64,000 bases of DNA, taken from NCBI GenBank assembly GCA_051252135.1, contig JBPOGH010000001.1, positions 1 through 64,000 on the forward strand. Direction: 5' to 3'. The notes under the pieces were generated by a model. That model saw nothing but the letters and a program-made list of their open reading frames with translations, had not been told where the DNA came from and ran no database searches. Below, piece by piece: positions 1 to 8,203 of the stretch. Origin of the DNA: Verrucomicrobiaceae bacterium. GTDB lineage: Bacteria > Verrucomicrobiota > Verrucomicrobiia > Verrucomicrobiales > Akkermansiaceae. Each line of letters begins with the position of its first letter. Position 1 is the stretch's first letter. The position numbers and the translations under genes were made by a program.

Positions 1-245
1 AGAACTTTGAGCAGTGAACAGTGAGATTTGAACGCTGAAGGTGCGGGGAGTGGGGAATGAACTTTGAGCAGTGAACAGTGAGATTTGAACGCTGAAGGTG
101 GGGGGAGCGGGGAAAGAACTTTGAGCAGTGAACAGTGAGATTTGAACGCTGAAGGTGCGGGGAGTGGGGAATGAACTTTGAGCAGTGAACAATGAGATTT
201 GAACTCTGAAGGTGCGGGGGATGGATGGGGAGCGGGGAAAGAAGG
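1..245. repeat. 57-bp tandem repeat, 4 copies visible (may extend left of the window), built from GA-initiated heptamers
   Basis: AACTTTGAGCAGTGAACAGTGAGATTTGAACGCTGAAGGTG starts at 3, 60, 117 and 174 (copy 4 has 2 substitutions); G-rich linkers alternate between two variants. Confidence 0.95.
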
Positions 246-306
246 CATGAACTCATTTGAAGACTTGGGTTCTGCTTGGAGGATTGCAGATTGCCGGTGG
301 CTATCT

Positions 307-2469
307 TCACTGCGTTTCGGTTCGTGCTCGATATTGGCGCCCGTTACCGGGGCCCACTTTTGAGAGGTCGAGGGGCTTGATACCGAGTTGGTGGGCGGGG
401 GAGTTGGGGTGGAGGCGGAAGTCGCCGTTTTGGGGGTCGATGAAGAGGGGGTCTTGGGCGAGGCTGTTTTGGTCGACGCCTTCGGCTTGTTTTTGGGCGA
501 GGAAGGTTTTGCCGAGGTCGGGGTTGCCGGCGCAGAAGTAGATGTTGTGATCGGTGTCGGCGTCTTTGGCGAAGGCTCCGGAGGGGGTGCGGAAGTTTTT
601 TGTTTCCTGGTAGAAGACGATCTCCTTGCCGGGTTGGTAGAAGATGTTGCGCTGGTAGGCTCCGCCGGTGAGGGGGCCCTCGTAGAGCTTGAGGAACATG
701 GGGGCGCGTTCTTCGCCCTTGTGGGTGCCGGGGCGGATGTCGGCGATGATGTTATTGATGCAGCGGTTGTTGAGCTTGATCTGCATGCCTTGGGCGACGC
801 AGCGGTAGATGAGGTTTTCGGTGATGAGGGTGTCGCGCTGACCGCCATCGGTGCGGATGGATGACTGCATCACGGTGGGGGCGAGGAGGTCGTGGATGTA
901 GTTGCGGCGGATGATATTTCCGGCGCCGGCGCCGCGGATGTAGATGCCATTGCCATCGTTGAGCTGCTGCATGGCGTGGTGGATTTCGTTGGATTCGATG
1001 AGGTTGTCGTGGCTGTGGAGGAAGGGGCGGATTTTCTCGAGGGTGGCGTTTTTGGTGGGGCCGGTTTCGTGGCGTCGGATGGTGCGCGAGAGCTCGCGGG
1101 CGTTTCCGTTTTTGGAAAAGAACTTGGTGATGACGCCGGAGATGATGATGCCGGAGTAGGGGGTGTGGTGGATGAGGTTGTGGGCGACGCGGTTTTCGCC
1201 GCTTTGCCAGAGGAAGATGGCGGGCGAGTGGGCGTGGATTTGGCCGGGGTGATGGATGTGGTTGTTCTCGATGAGGTTGTGATGGCTGAGGTCCTTGGTG
1301 CCGGGGCCGTAGCCGCAGAGGAGGATGCCGGTGCCGCCGAGGTGCTCGATGTGATTGGAGTGGATGCGGTTTTTTTGGCTGTGGAGGTCGAGGCGGATGG
1401 CGGTGCCGCCGCTGTGGAGGAAGTGGCAGTTTTCGACGGCGCAGTTTTCGGTGCCCCGGAGGCGGAGGAGGGCGTTGGCTTTGTCGTGGAATTGCCAGTC
1501 GTGCTGGAGGCCTTTGTCGGAGGAGGCCATGCGGTCGGCTTCGCCGCGGGTGAAGGTGAGGCCGCGGAAGCGGAGATTGCGGACGGGTTGGTCGGTGGGG
1601 CCCTGGAGATCGTGTTGGCCTTCGACGAGGAGGTATTCCTTGAGACGGGGGATGCGGATGTCCTTTGGGGGGCCGTCGGCTCGGGGCCAGAGGTAGACTT
1701 TTCTTTCCTGGGTGTTGAGGACCCACTCGCCGGGTTGGTCGAGGGCATCGATGACGTTTTCGACCCAGGCGGAAGTTGTTTTGGGAAGGAAATGGAGCGG
1801 GGTCATCGCGTAAGTGGCGGCGACCGAGGTGGTGGCGATTTGCTTTTTGGGGGCGATGGATTTGAGCGGGAGGATGTTGACGATCCAGGCGTGGTTGGGG
1901 CGGACGACAAGTTCGACGTCATCGAGGTTGGGCCAGGCGCGCATGGTGCCATCGGGGTAGGCGAGCTGAACGCGGGAGGTGGCTTTTGATTCGAGGGGGA
2001 TGAAGCCGGCGGAGCGGGCGCGGGGGAGGAGGCCCTGGGAGTCGTAGAGGGTGTAGAAGCGTTTTGGGGCGGCTTGGGGGAGGTCGGCGACCCAGACTTT
2101 TCCGTGGGCGGATTGGGGGAGGAAGGGAGGTGGGGTCTCGAGTTTTTTCCAGCTGGTGAGGTCGAGGTCGGAGCTGAAGACGGGTGTTTCGCCGGGGAAG
2201 GCCTCGTAGGTGATGGTGGCGTTTTCGGAGGAGTCCTTGAGGCTGAAGACGACGGTTTGGGAGAGGCGGTAGTTGCCGCCACGGATTTGGACGGTGATGT
2301 CCTTGTCGGATGTTGTTTTTAGCTCGCGGACGGCATCGCGGGCGCGCTCGAGCGTGGCGAAGGGGGCTTCTTTGGTTCCGGGGGCGGAGTCGTTGCCGCT
2401 GGGTGAAAGGTAGAAGTCGGCGGCGCTCGCGGGGATGAGTACGAGGAGGCTGAGGAGGAGGTGTTTCAT
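307..2469 (-). CDS. Secreted right-handed parallel beta-helix protein, GH141-like glycoside hydrolase
   Basis: 720 aa ORF; signal peptide; N-terminal YLSPSGNDSAPGTKEAPFATLERARDAVR; ENVIDALDQPGEW; repeated N-x-I-x-x-N beta-helix coils; C-terminal DPLFIDPQNGDFRL. Confidence 0.75.
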   Translation of the reverse strand: MKHLLLSLLVLIPASAADFYLSPSGNDSAPGTKEAPFATLERARDAVRELKTTSDKDITVQIRGGNYRLSQTVVFSLKDSSENATITYEAFPGETPVFSSDLDLTSWKKLETPPPFLPQSAHGKVWVADLPQAAPKRFYTLYDSQGLLPRARSAGFIPLESKATSRVQLAYPDGTMRAWPNLDDVELVVRPNHAWIVNILPLKSIAPKKQIATTSVAATYAMTPLHFLPKTTSAWVENVIDALDQPGEWVLNTQERKVYLWPRADGPPKDIRIPRLKEYLLVEGQHDLQGPTDQPVRNLRFRGLTFTRGEADRMASSDKGLQHDWQFHDKANALLRLRGTENCAVENCHFLHSGGTAIRLDLHSQKNRIHSNHIEHLGGTGILLCGYGPGTKDLSHHNLIENNHIHHPGQIHAHSPAIFLWQSGENRVAHNLIHHTPYSGIIISGVITKFFSKNGNARELSRTIRRHETGPTKNATLEKIRPFLHSHDNLIESNEIHHAMQQLNDGNGIYIRGAGAGNIIRRNYIHDLLAPTVMQSSIRTDGGQRDTLITENLIYRCVAQGMQIKLNNRCINNIIADIRPGTHKGEERAPMFLKLYEGPLTGGAYQRNIFYQPGKEIVFYQETKNFRTPSGAFAKDADTDHNIYFCAGNPDLGKTFLAQKQAEGVDQNSLAQDPLFIDPQNGDFRLHPNSPAHQLGIKPLDLSKVGPGNGRQYRARTETQ

Positions 2470-2493
2470 GACGGGCGCCGGAGGTAAGGGGTT

Positions 2494-3489
2494 CTAATTT
2501 TTAGGGAGGTGACTGGTGAAGAAGTCGATGGTGGCGCGGATGATTTCGGCGCGGGTGGGGGCGATGTCGGCGTCGACTTTTCGCCAATTGTGTCCGGCGT
2601 TTTTGACGATGAGGATTTTGACGGGGGCGTTGAGTTTTTTCGCTTCCTTGGCCATGCGGTGGGCGTGTTTGACGGGGATGGTGGTGTCCTTGTCGCCCTG
2701 AATCATGAGGAGAGGAGGGCTGTCCTTTTTGAGATAGGTGACGGGGCTCATTTCGCGGTAGAGGTGTTGCTTTTTATCATCGGACAAATGGGCATCGCCG
2801 AGGATGCGAGGGGCGAAGCGGTTGCGGAAATTGGGTCGGTCGTCGTGATTGAAGAGGTTGATATCGACGAAGTCGCAAGGGCCATACCAGGAGAGTCCGG
2901 CGGTGACTTGGTAGGAGACTTTGGCGAGGTTGGGATCGCCGATGAGGGTGTCGGGTGGCGTGAGGAGGAGCATTTGGGCGAGGTGCCCGCCGGCGGAGTC
3001 GCCGAAGACGAAGAGTTGATTGGGGTCGAGGCCGAGAGAGGAGGAGTTTTTGACGAGGTAGCGGAGGGCGTCCTTGGAATCGATGACGCAGTTGCGCATG
3101 AGGCTGCCGTTGCGAGCGAGGCGATACTCGACCGAGGCGACGGCGAAGCCTTCTGCGAGGAGGGGTTTGAAGACGGCGGCGAAGGAGCCCTTGGCGGCTC
3201 CGGCACGACTGCCGGCGGCCCAGCCTCCGCCGTGGGTGTAGATGAGGAGGGGGGCCTTGTCGGCCTTGTTGGCGGTGGGGTAGTAGAGGTCGAGCTTGAG
3301 CTCTTTTTTCCCGACGGTTTTGTAGGTGAGGTCGAGTTTTCGTTCGCCGCCGGTTTCGAGGTAGCTGGGGCGGTTTTGTTTTTTCGCTTTCTCGGGTGCG
3401 GGAGGCTCTTGGACGGGGTCGGCGCTGAGGAGGAGGGGTGAGAGGAAGGCGAGAGCGAGGAGGGCGGGGAGCTTGAAGATTGATTTCAT
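2494..3489 (-). CDS. Secreted alpha/beta hydrolase (HSL/BD-FAE-like carbohydrate esterase)
   Basis: HGGGW oxyanion motif, GDSAGG nucleophile elbow, GDKDTTIP and AGH catalytic motifs; signal peptide. Confidence 0.9.
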   Translation of the reverse strand: MKSIFKLPALLALAFLSPLLLSADPVQEPPAPEKAKKQNRPSYLETGGERKLDLTYKTVGKKELKLDLYYPTANKADKAPLLIYTHGGGWAAGSRAGAAKGSFAAVFKPLLAEGFAVASVEYRLARNGSLMRNCVIDSKDALRYLVKNSSSLGLDPNQLFVFGDSAGGHLAQMLLLTPPDTLIGDPNLAKVSYQVTAGLSWYGPCDFVDINLFNHDDRPNFRNRFAPRILGDAHLSDDKKQHLYREMSPVTYLKKDSPPLLMIQGDKDTTIPVKHAHRMAKEAKKLNAPVKILIVKNAGHNWRKVDADIAPTRAEIIRATIDFFTSHLPKN

Positions 3490-3535
3490 CGGCTTTGAGG
3501 GAGGTTTGGGTGTCAGGGGGCTGTTCCCCGGGCTG

Positions 3536-3561
3536 AGGATTGTTGCCTTGTTGAGGCTGCT
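3536..3561. repeat. 26-bp direct repeat, copy 1 (REP-like hairpin part), left of the TA module
   Basis: AGGATTGTTGCCTTGTTGAGGCTGCT matches 4386-4411 at 25/26. Confidence 0.85.
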
Positions 3562-3641
3562 TGGAATGGGATGAATTGGGGTCCAGGAAGCCTGTTTAGC
3601 CTCGGGTTCAATGTCGGTAAGACGGGTTGTCAGTAAAAGTG

Positions 3642-3959
3642 CTACTCCTCATACAAGAACCTTCGTGAACCATGGCGGATGCTCAGAATTTGGACGGTCT
3701 TTTTGTTCACCGAGAAGATGATGCGATATTTTGAGGGGAAGGCTTGAAAGAGGAGTTGGCGGAGTTCCTCATTTCCCCAGAGGCCGTTTTCTGGAGCCAG
3801 TGGGTGGGCTTCGGGAAGTTGTCTCAAGGTTTCGATGTGGGTTTTGATTGCCTCATACCACTCAGCAACTTTTTCGGGAGCTTCTCCAGCCAACCACGTC
3901 AAGGTGGACTCAAGGTCTTCCAAGGCGGTGGGAGAAAAGACGATTTCGTATTCCTCCAC
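3642..3959 (-). CDS. Type II toxin, RelE/ParE family
   Basis: 105 aa, GTG start; [20 protein letters not shown]...YRIIFSV...[11 protein letters not shown] pattern; directly downstream of the antitoxin. Confidence 0.9.
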   Translation of the reverse strand: MEEYEIVFSPTALEDLESTLTWLAGEAPEKVAEWYEAIKTHIETLRQLPEAHPLAPENGLWGNEELRQLLFQAFPSKYRIIFSVNKKTVQILSIRHGSRRFLYEE

Positions 3960-3962
3960 GCC

Positions 3963-4244
3963 CTAAAGGAATTTTGCGTCAAGTTTGGCGAAGACGTCTC
4001 CGGCCGGGATACCTTTTCCGCCTTCACGGAAATACTTCATCGCTTCCTGGAGACGTGAGTCTTGGCGCGCTTGTTCAGCCAAGGCCGCCATTTCCTCATA
4101 TGAAGCGGCATCCTGAACGACGACGGCGGCCTCACCATTGACAGTGAGTAGCTCAGGACCACCTGTTTCCTTGAGGGCTGCAATATGCGCCTTGGTGTTC
4201 CGAACGAAATCGGAGAGAGGCTTGATGGAATTGGCTTTGATCAT
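3963..4244 (-). CDS. Type II antitoxin, Phd/YefM family
   Basis: 93 aa; IKPLSDFVRNTKAHIAALKETGGPELLTVNGEAAVVVQDAASYE is a typical Phd/YefM N-terminus. Confidence 0.9.
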   Translation of the reverse strand: MIKANSIKPLSDFVRNTKAHIAALKETGGPELLTVNGEAAVVVQDAASYEEMAALAEQARQDSRLQEAMKYFREGGKGIPAGDVFAKLDAKFL

Positions 4245-4253
4245 CTGATAACA

Positions 4254-4296
4254 GTAAATTTACATGTGAGAATAGCTCCGTGGTTCGCCAAGTCAA
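4254..4296 (-). promoter_or_regulatory. Sigma70-like promoter and palindromic operator of the TA operon
   Basis: Minus strand TTGACT-16 nt-TATTCT; perfect palindrome GTAAATTTAC at 4254-4263 near the expected start site. Confidence 0.65.
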
Positions 4297-4385
4297 GATT
4301 TCGCGTCTCGAGCTGAAGCGGTGAGTTTGGACCGTACTTTCGGTGCTCGTGATTGGGGGGACAATTGGCAAGGCCGTCGCTGCGC

Positions 4386-4411
4386 AGGATTGTTGCCTCG
4401 TTGAGGCTGCT
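4386..4411. repeat. 26-bp direct repeat, copy 2, right of the TA module
   Basis: AGGATTGTTGCCTCGTTGAGGCTGCT with internal GCCTC/GAGGC stem. Confidence 0.85.
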
Positions 4412-4422
4412 CTTGGCCGGTG

Positions 4423-5895
4423 CTATTTGTATGTATTGGCAGGTGTCCAATTGGGGATGCCTTTTTCCTTGAGCTGTTTGGCTTGGAGGATTTGGAGGAA
4501 GTAGTCGCCTTGCTTGGGGGTTTCGAGGCCCTCGTTGATGGCGAGGGGGGCTTGGACGGATTGCCACCAGGCTTCGTATTCCTTTTGGAGCTTTGCGACG
4601 AGGTCGGGGTGCTTGGCGGCGAGGTCGTTTTCCTGCATGAGGTCGTTGTTGACGTCGTAGAGGAGTTCGTTGTGGACGAGGCGCCATTTTTGGGTGCGGA
4701 CGGCGGAAGCGAATTTCGCTTTTTCTTTGGTGAGTCCTTTGCTTCCCCAGCGTCCTTTATTGAAGAAGAGAGAGCGGTCGGGCCAATCCGCTTTGGGGTT
4801 TTCGAGGAGGGGGAGGAGGGAGCGGCCGCCGGGAGGGAGTTTGCTCTCGGGGACTTTAGCGCCGGTGAGGGCGCAGAAGGTGCGGTAGAAATCGATGTCG
4901 GCGGCGAGAGCGGGGATGTCGGTGCCATCTTGGGTTTTTCCCTTGAGATACCAGAAGGAGGGGACGCGGGTGCCGCCTTCCCAGAGGGAGTTTTTGGTGC
5001 CCTTCATGTTGGCATTGAAGGCGGTTTGGGGTTTGCCGTTCATTTTGAAGCGGCCCATGGACATGCCGTTGTCGGTCATGAAGATGACGAGGGTGTTTTC
5101 GAGTTGATTCCACTCTTCGAGCTTCTTCATGAGGAGGCCGAAATTGGTGTCGATGTTTTCGATCATGCCGTAGCGGGCGGCGGCTTTGCCATCGAGGCCG
5201 AGGTCTGTGAAGCGCTTGATGTTTTCCTCGGGTGCGTAGAACGGACCGTGGGGTGCGTTGAGAGAGATGTAGGAAAAGTAGGGTTGCTTGGCGTCGATTT
5301 GTTCCTTCATCCAGCCGAGGGCGGCCTGGAAGAAGACGTCGGTGCAGAAGCCTTTGGTTTTGACGACGGTGTCGTTGTGGAGGATGAGGTTGTCGAAATA
5401 TTTGGCATCTTTGTTTCCGATGAAATCGCCGAAGACTTCCTGGCCGAGGCCGCCGGCGCCGTGGATGAAGACTTCGTCGAAGCCGCGGTTATTGGGAAGG
5501 TATTCTTCGCCTTCGTCGCCGAGGTGCCATTTGCCGAAGATGCCGTTTTTGTATCCGGCTTTTTGGATGGCTTGGGGGAAGGTGACGACATCGAGGGCGA
5601 GTCGCTCGCGGCAGAGGATGGTGTGGGAAACGCCGACGGCGAAGGGCTCGCGTCCGCTCATGAGGGCGGCGCGGGTGGGGGTGCAGGTGGGGTTGACCTG
5701 AAATTGGGTGAAGCGGGTGGACTTCTGGTAGAAGGCGTCGAGGTTGGGCGTTTTGAGGATGGTGTTGCCCATGCAGGAAAGGTCGCCCATGCCCTGGTCA
5801 TCGGTGAGGACGAAGACGATGTTGGGGCGGGAGTTCTCGAGCGGGGCGGCTTGAAGAGCCACGGTGAGAGAGAGGAAGAAGGTGAGGATTTTCAT
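4423..5895 (-). CDS. Arylsulfatase (S1 family)
   Basis: Start reassigned to MKILTFF (signal peptide); PNIVFVLTDDQG, CTPTRAALMSGR, GKWHLG. Confidence 0.93.
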   Translation of the reverse strand: MKILTFFLSLTVALQAAPLENSRPNIVFVLTDDQGMGDLSCMGNTILKTPNLDAFYQKSTRFTQFQVNPTCTPTRAALMSGREPFAVGVSHTILCRERLALDVVTFPQAIQKAGYKNGIFGKWHLGDEGEEYLPNNRGFDEVFIHGAGGLGQEVFGDFIGNKDAKYFDNLILHNDTVVKTKGFCTDVFFQAALGWMKEQIDAKQPYFSYISLNAPHGPFYAPEENIKRFTDLGLDGKAAARYGMIENIDTNFGLLMKKLEEWNQLENTLVIFMTDNGMSMGRFKMNGKPQTAFNANMKGTKNSLWEGGTRVPSFWYLKGKTQDGTDIPALAADIDFYRTFCALTGAKVPESKLPPGGRSLLPLLENPKADWPDRSLFFNKGRWGSKGLTKEKAKFASAVRTQKWRLVHNELLYDVNNDLMQENDLAAKHPDLVAKLQKEYEAWWQSVQAPLAINEGLETPKQGDYFLQILQAKQLKEKGIPNWTPANTYK

Positions 5896-5994
5896 GAGGA
5901 GGGATCGGGAGTGGGATTCAATTTGGAAGGGGTGGGAGCATTGCAGAGGCGAGTCCTGCAAAGGTGGGCATGAGGTTAGTAGAATTATTCACGG

Positions 5995-8091
5995 CTATTC
6001 GGCCTCAACCAACGAGACACAATCGAGACCAAAGAGGGCTCCCTTGCTTTGCGGGTTCTTCCCGACCACTTCGATGCGGATGAGAAAGGAGTTGTCCACC
6101 GGTGCGAAGGTGCCCAGCGATACCGCCCCGGATGGGATGGGTTTGTTTGCGTAAAGATCAAGATCACCGCCTGCTGCCTCACCGTTTACAGTTACCCGGA
6201 CCGTGCCGAAATCGAAACTCCTGGTGGCATGTAGCGCAATTTTCTGGAGTGCGGGGCTTGGTGCAGGAATGCGCAACTCGACATGATCTTCGATCCGGGC
6301 ATCTCGGAAAAGGATGTGGTCACTCTCGTTCCAAACTCCTTTGTATTGCTTCAAACCTTGTTCTTTCTCTCTGATCTTGCCGGATTTTGACGTGACCATC
6401 TTTAGCTCAAAATCGATGGCGTTTTTAATGTCGTTTGGCTTTGCAGGCTTTTGAGCTGAGTCCGTCGCCGACATGTCCGGTAAAGGCGGGACATTGAGTA
6501 TCTCCTCGGGTTCCGGCTTACGGTTCGAGGTGGTCCCGGGATCGGCATACCAATACGTCCCCACCTGGTAACCCATGGGCTGCTCGGCAAAGGCCCATAT
6601 TTCCATATCCACTTGGATCGATTGAGCAAACGGCATCGTGTCGAGAGCGCGGGTGCGGGTTTCGGTGTTGTATCCCTGAGTATTCCTCTTGCCGATGATC
6701 GCTTTGGGCTTTCGGTTGAGCTTGTTATACTTGTGCGAGAAGACCTGAGCATGAAAGGGGTGCTCGTAAAAATCGGTCATCTTGCCACCCCAGGCGTAGC
6801 CGTAATAGTCCTCGGTTCCGGTGCCAAAGATTGAGGGGAAGTCCTCACCGTCGACCCAAATTTTGGCATCTCCTTCACCCCACCATTTTTCAACCGGGTT
6901 CATGACTGTCAGGGTGTCGCCCACATAGACACCGCGCCCCTTCGTAGTCACGTAGTTCCAGTCGGATCGCGGCCGCGTCGGGGTAGGATATTGCCCCCGC
7001 CACATGGCATGGAAAAGCATCGAACGATCATCCCAGCTCCAGTCACCTGTTTTTACTTTCAGCTCAAGGTCGACCGGCTCTTCGCCGAGATTCACCAACG
7101 ACACCTTGCCCCCCGTCCGGTATGGCATGACCCAACGGCAGGTCATCACACCGTCTTGGGCCACGGTGCGATACCACCCCTGGAAGGGATTCAGGCCGAT
7201 GCCGGAACCGAAGAAATCTCCGATCGGGCACCAGACCGTTTCCTTGCCGTCGAACTCCATCTTGAGCACAACGGTGCGGGTCACCTCAGGATTGGCATAG
7301 TCACCCAACTTCACGGAAAGTTCGCGCACCGCTCCGACACCGGAGGGAAGATCGAGTGACTTTTCCTCTTTGTTCGCCAAGGTCGCGCTGAAGCCTGTGG
7401 GATTGCCGGCACGGGACGGGGTGGGGTTCAACAAGGTCTGACATGTTTTCCGGGTCAGCGCTTTTGCCGCCTCGAAATCGTCCATGGTGAAGCTCTTCAC
7501 CTGAGTTCCTTCGGCATACTCACGATAGGTGAAAATGAAGAAGAATGGCATCTTGGAGAGAGTGACCTTACAGCTCCCGGCGTAAGGAATCGGGAAGAAG
7601 TTGACGGCCGACAAATGAGAAGAGTGGGCTAGCGGATAGGGGATTAATCCCTTGCCTTGAAAGAGCGTCAGCGGGTGTCCCTCCAGCGCAGGCGTTGTCT
7701 CTCCGTCCAAATAGAAGCGGATCACGGTGTCTTCATCCAAATAGTTGATTGGCCACCAAGAGCGGGTGATGACGCCCGGTGTATCCGATTCCATGAGGAC
7801 CCATTCCTGACGGCCTTCATTTTCCTCAATACGGATATACCTGCCCTGTTGCTTTTCACCGACATTGAAATCAGCATTTTCGAACCAACCCTTTTCGTCA
7901 TCCGGGGAAACGGAGGCACGGTTATAGCTACTATCTTGCTTGAGCCGGAAATCCGGCGATGGAAAGCGACCTACGGCATCGCGGTCGACCATGTCTTTCA
8001 ACAGCGATTCAATGGTCACGGTGGTGTCCGCTTGAAGCGCAAGCATGTTCATCACATGCGCCGCGACACAGAGTATCCTCAATTTCCTCAT
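5995..8091 (-). CDS. DUF2961 / GH172-like glycoside hydrolase with C-terminal beta-sandwich
   Basis: PIGDFFGSG, GRGVYVGDTL and WWGEGDAKIWVDGEDFPSIFGTGTEDYYG motifs; probable start MRKLRIL. Confidence 0.85.
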   Translation of the reverse strand: MRKLRILCVAAHVMNMLALQADTTVTIESLLKDMVDRDAVGRFPSPDFRLKQDSSYNRASVSPDDEKGWFENADFNVGEKQQGRYIRIEENEGRQEWVLMESDTPGVITRSWWPINYLDEDTVIRFYLDGETTPALEGHPLTLFQGKGLIPYPLAHSSHLSAVNFFPIPYAGSCKVTLSKMPFFFIFTYREYAEGTQVKSFTMDDFEAAKALTRKTCQTLLNPTPSRAGNPTGFSATLANKEEKSLDLPSGVGAVRELSVKLGDYANPEVTRTVVLKMEFDGKETVWCPIGDFFGSGIGLNPFQGWYRTVAQDGVMTCRWVMPYRTGGKVSLVNLGEEPVDLELKVKTGDWSWDDRSMLFHAMWRGQYPTPTRPRSDWNYVTTKGRGVYVGDTLTVMNPVEKWWGEGDAKIWVDGEDFPSIFGTGTEDYYGYAWGGKMTDFYEHPFHAQVFSHKYNKLNRKPKAIIGKRNTQGYNTETRTRALDTMPFAQSIQVDMEIWAFAEQPMGYQVGTYWYADPGTTSNRKPEPEEILNVPPLPDMSATDSAQKPAKPNDIKNAIDFELKMVTSKSGKIREKEQGLKQYKGVWNESDHILFRDARIEDHVELRIPAPSPALQKIALHATRSFDFGTVRVTVNGEAAGGDLDLYANKPIPSGAVSLGTFAPVDNSFLIRIEVVGKNPQSKGALFGLDCVSLVEAE

Positions 8092-8203
8092 TGTTATGAT
8101 CTTCGTTATTGTTCCAGTGCGAGGGCAAATCCGGGCGGATGCCAATACAGCCGCCCGGATCATAGAATGATGCTTGAATCCACCACCTATTGAAGTGGGG
8201 GAT

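Noticed and set aside
1..245. CRISPR array
   Set aside because: The variable parts are only ~16 nt, nearly identical and alternating rather than unique spacers; no cas genes in the window
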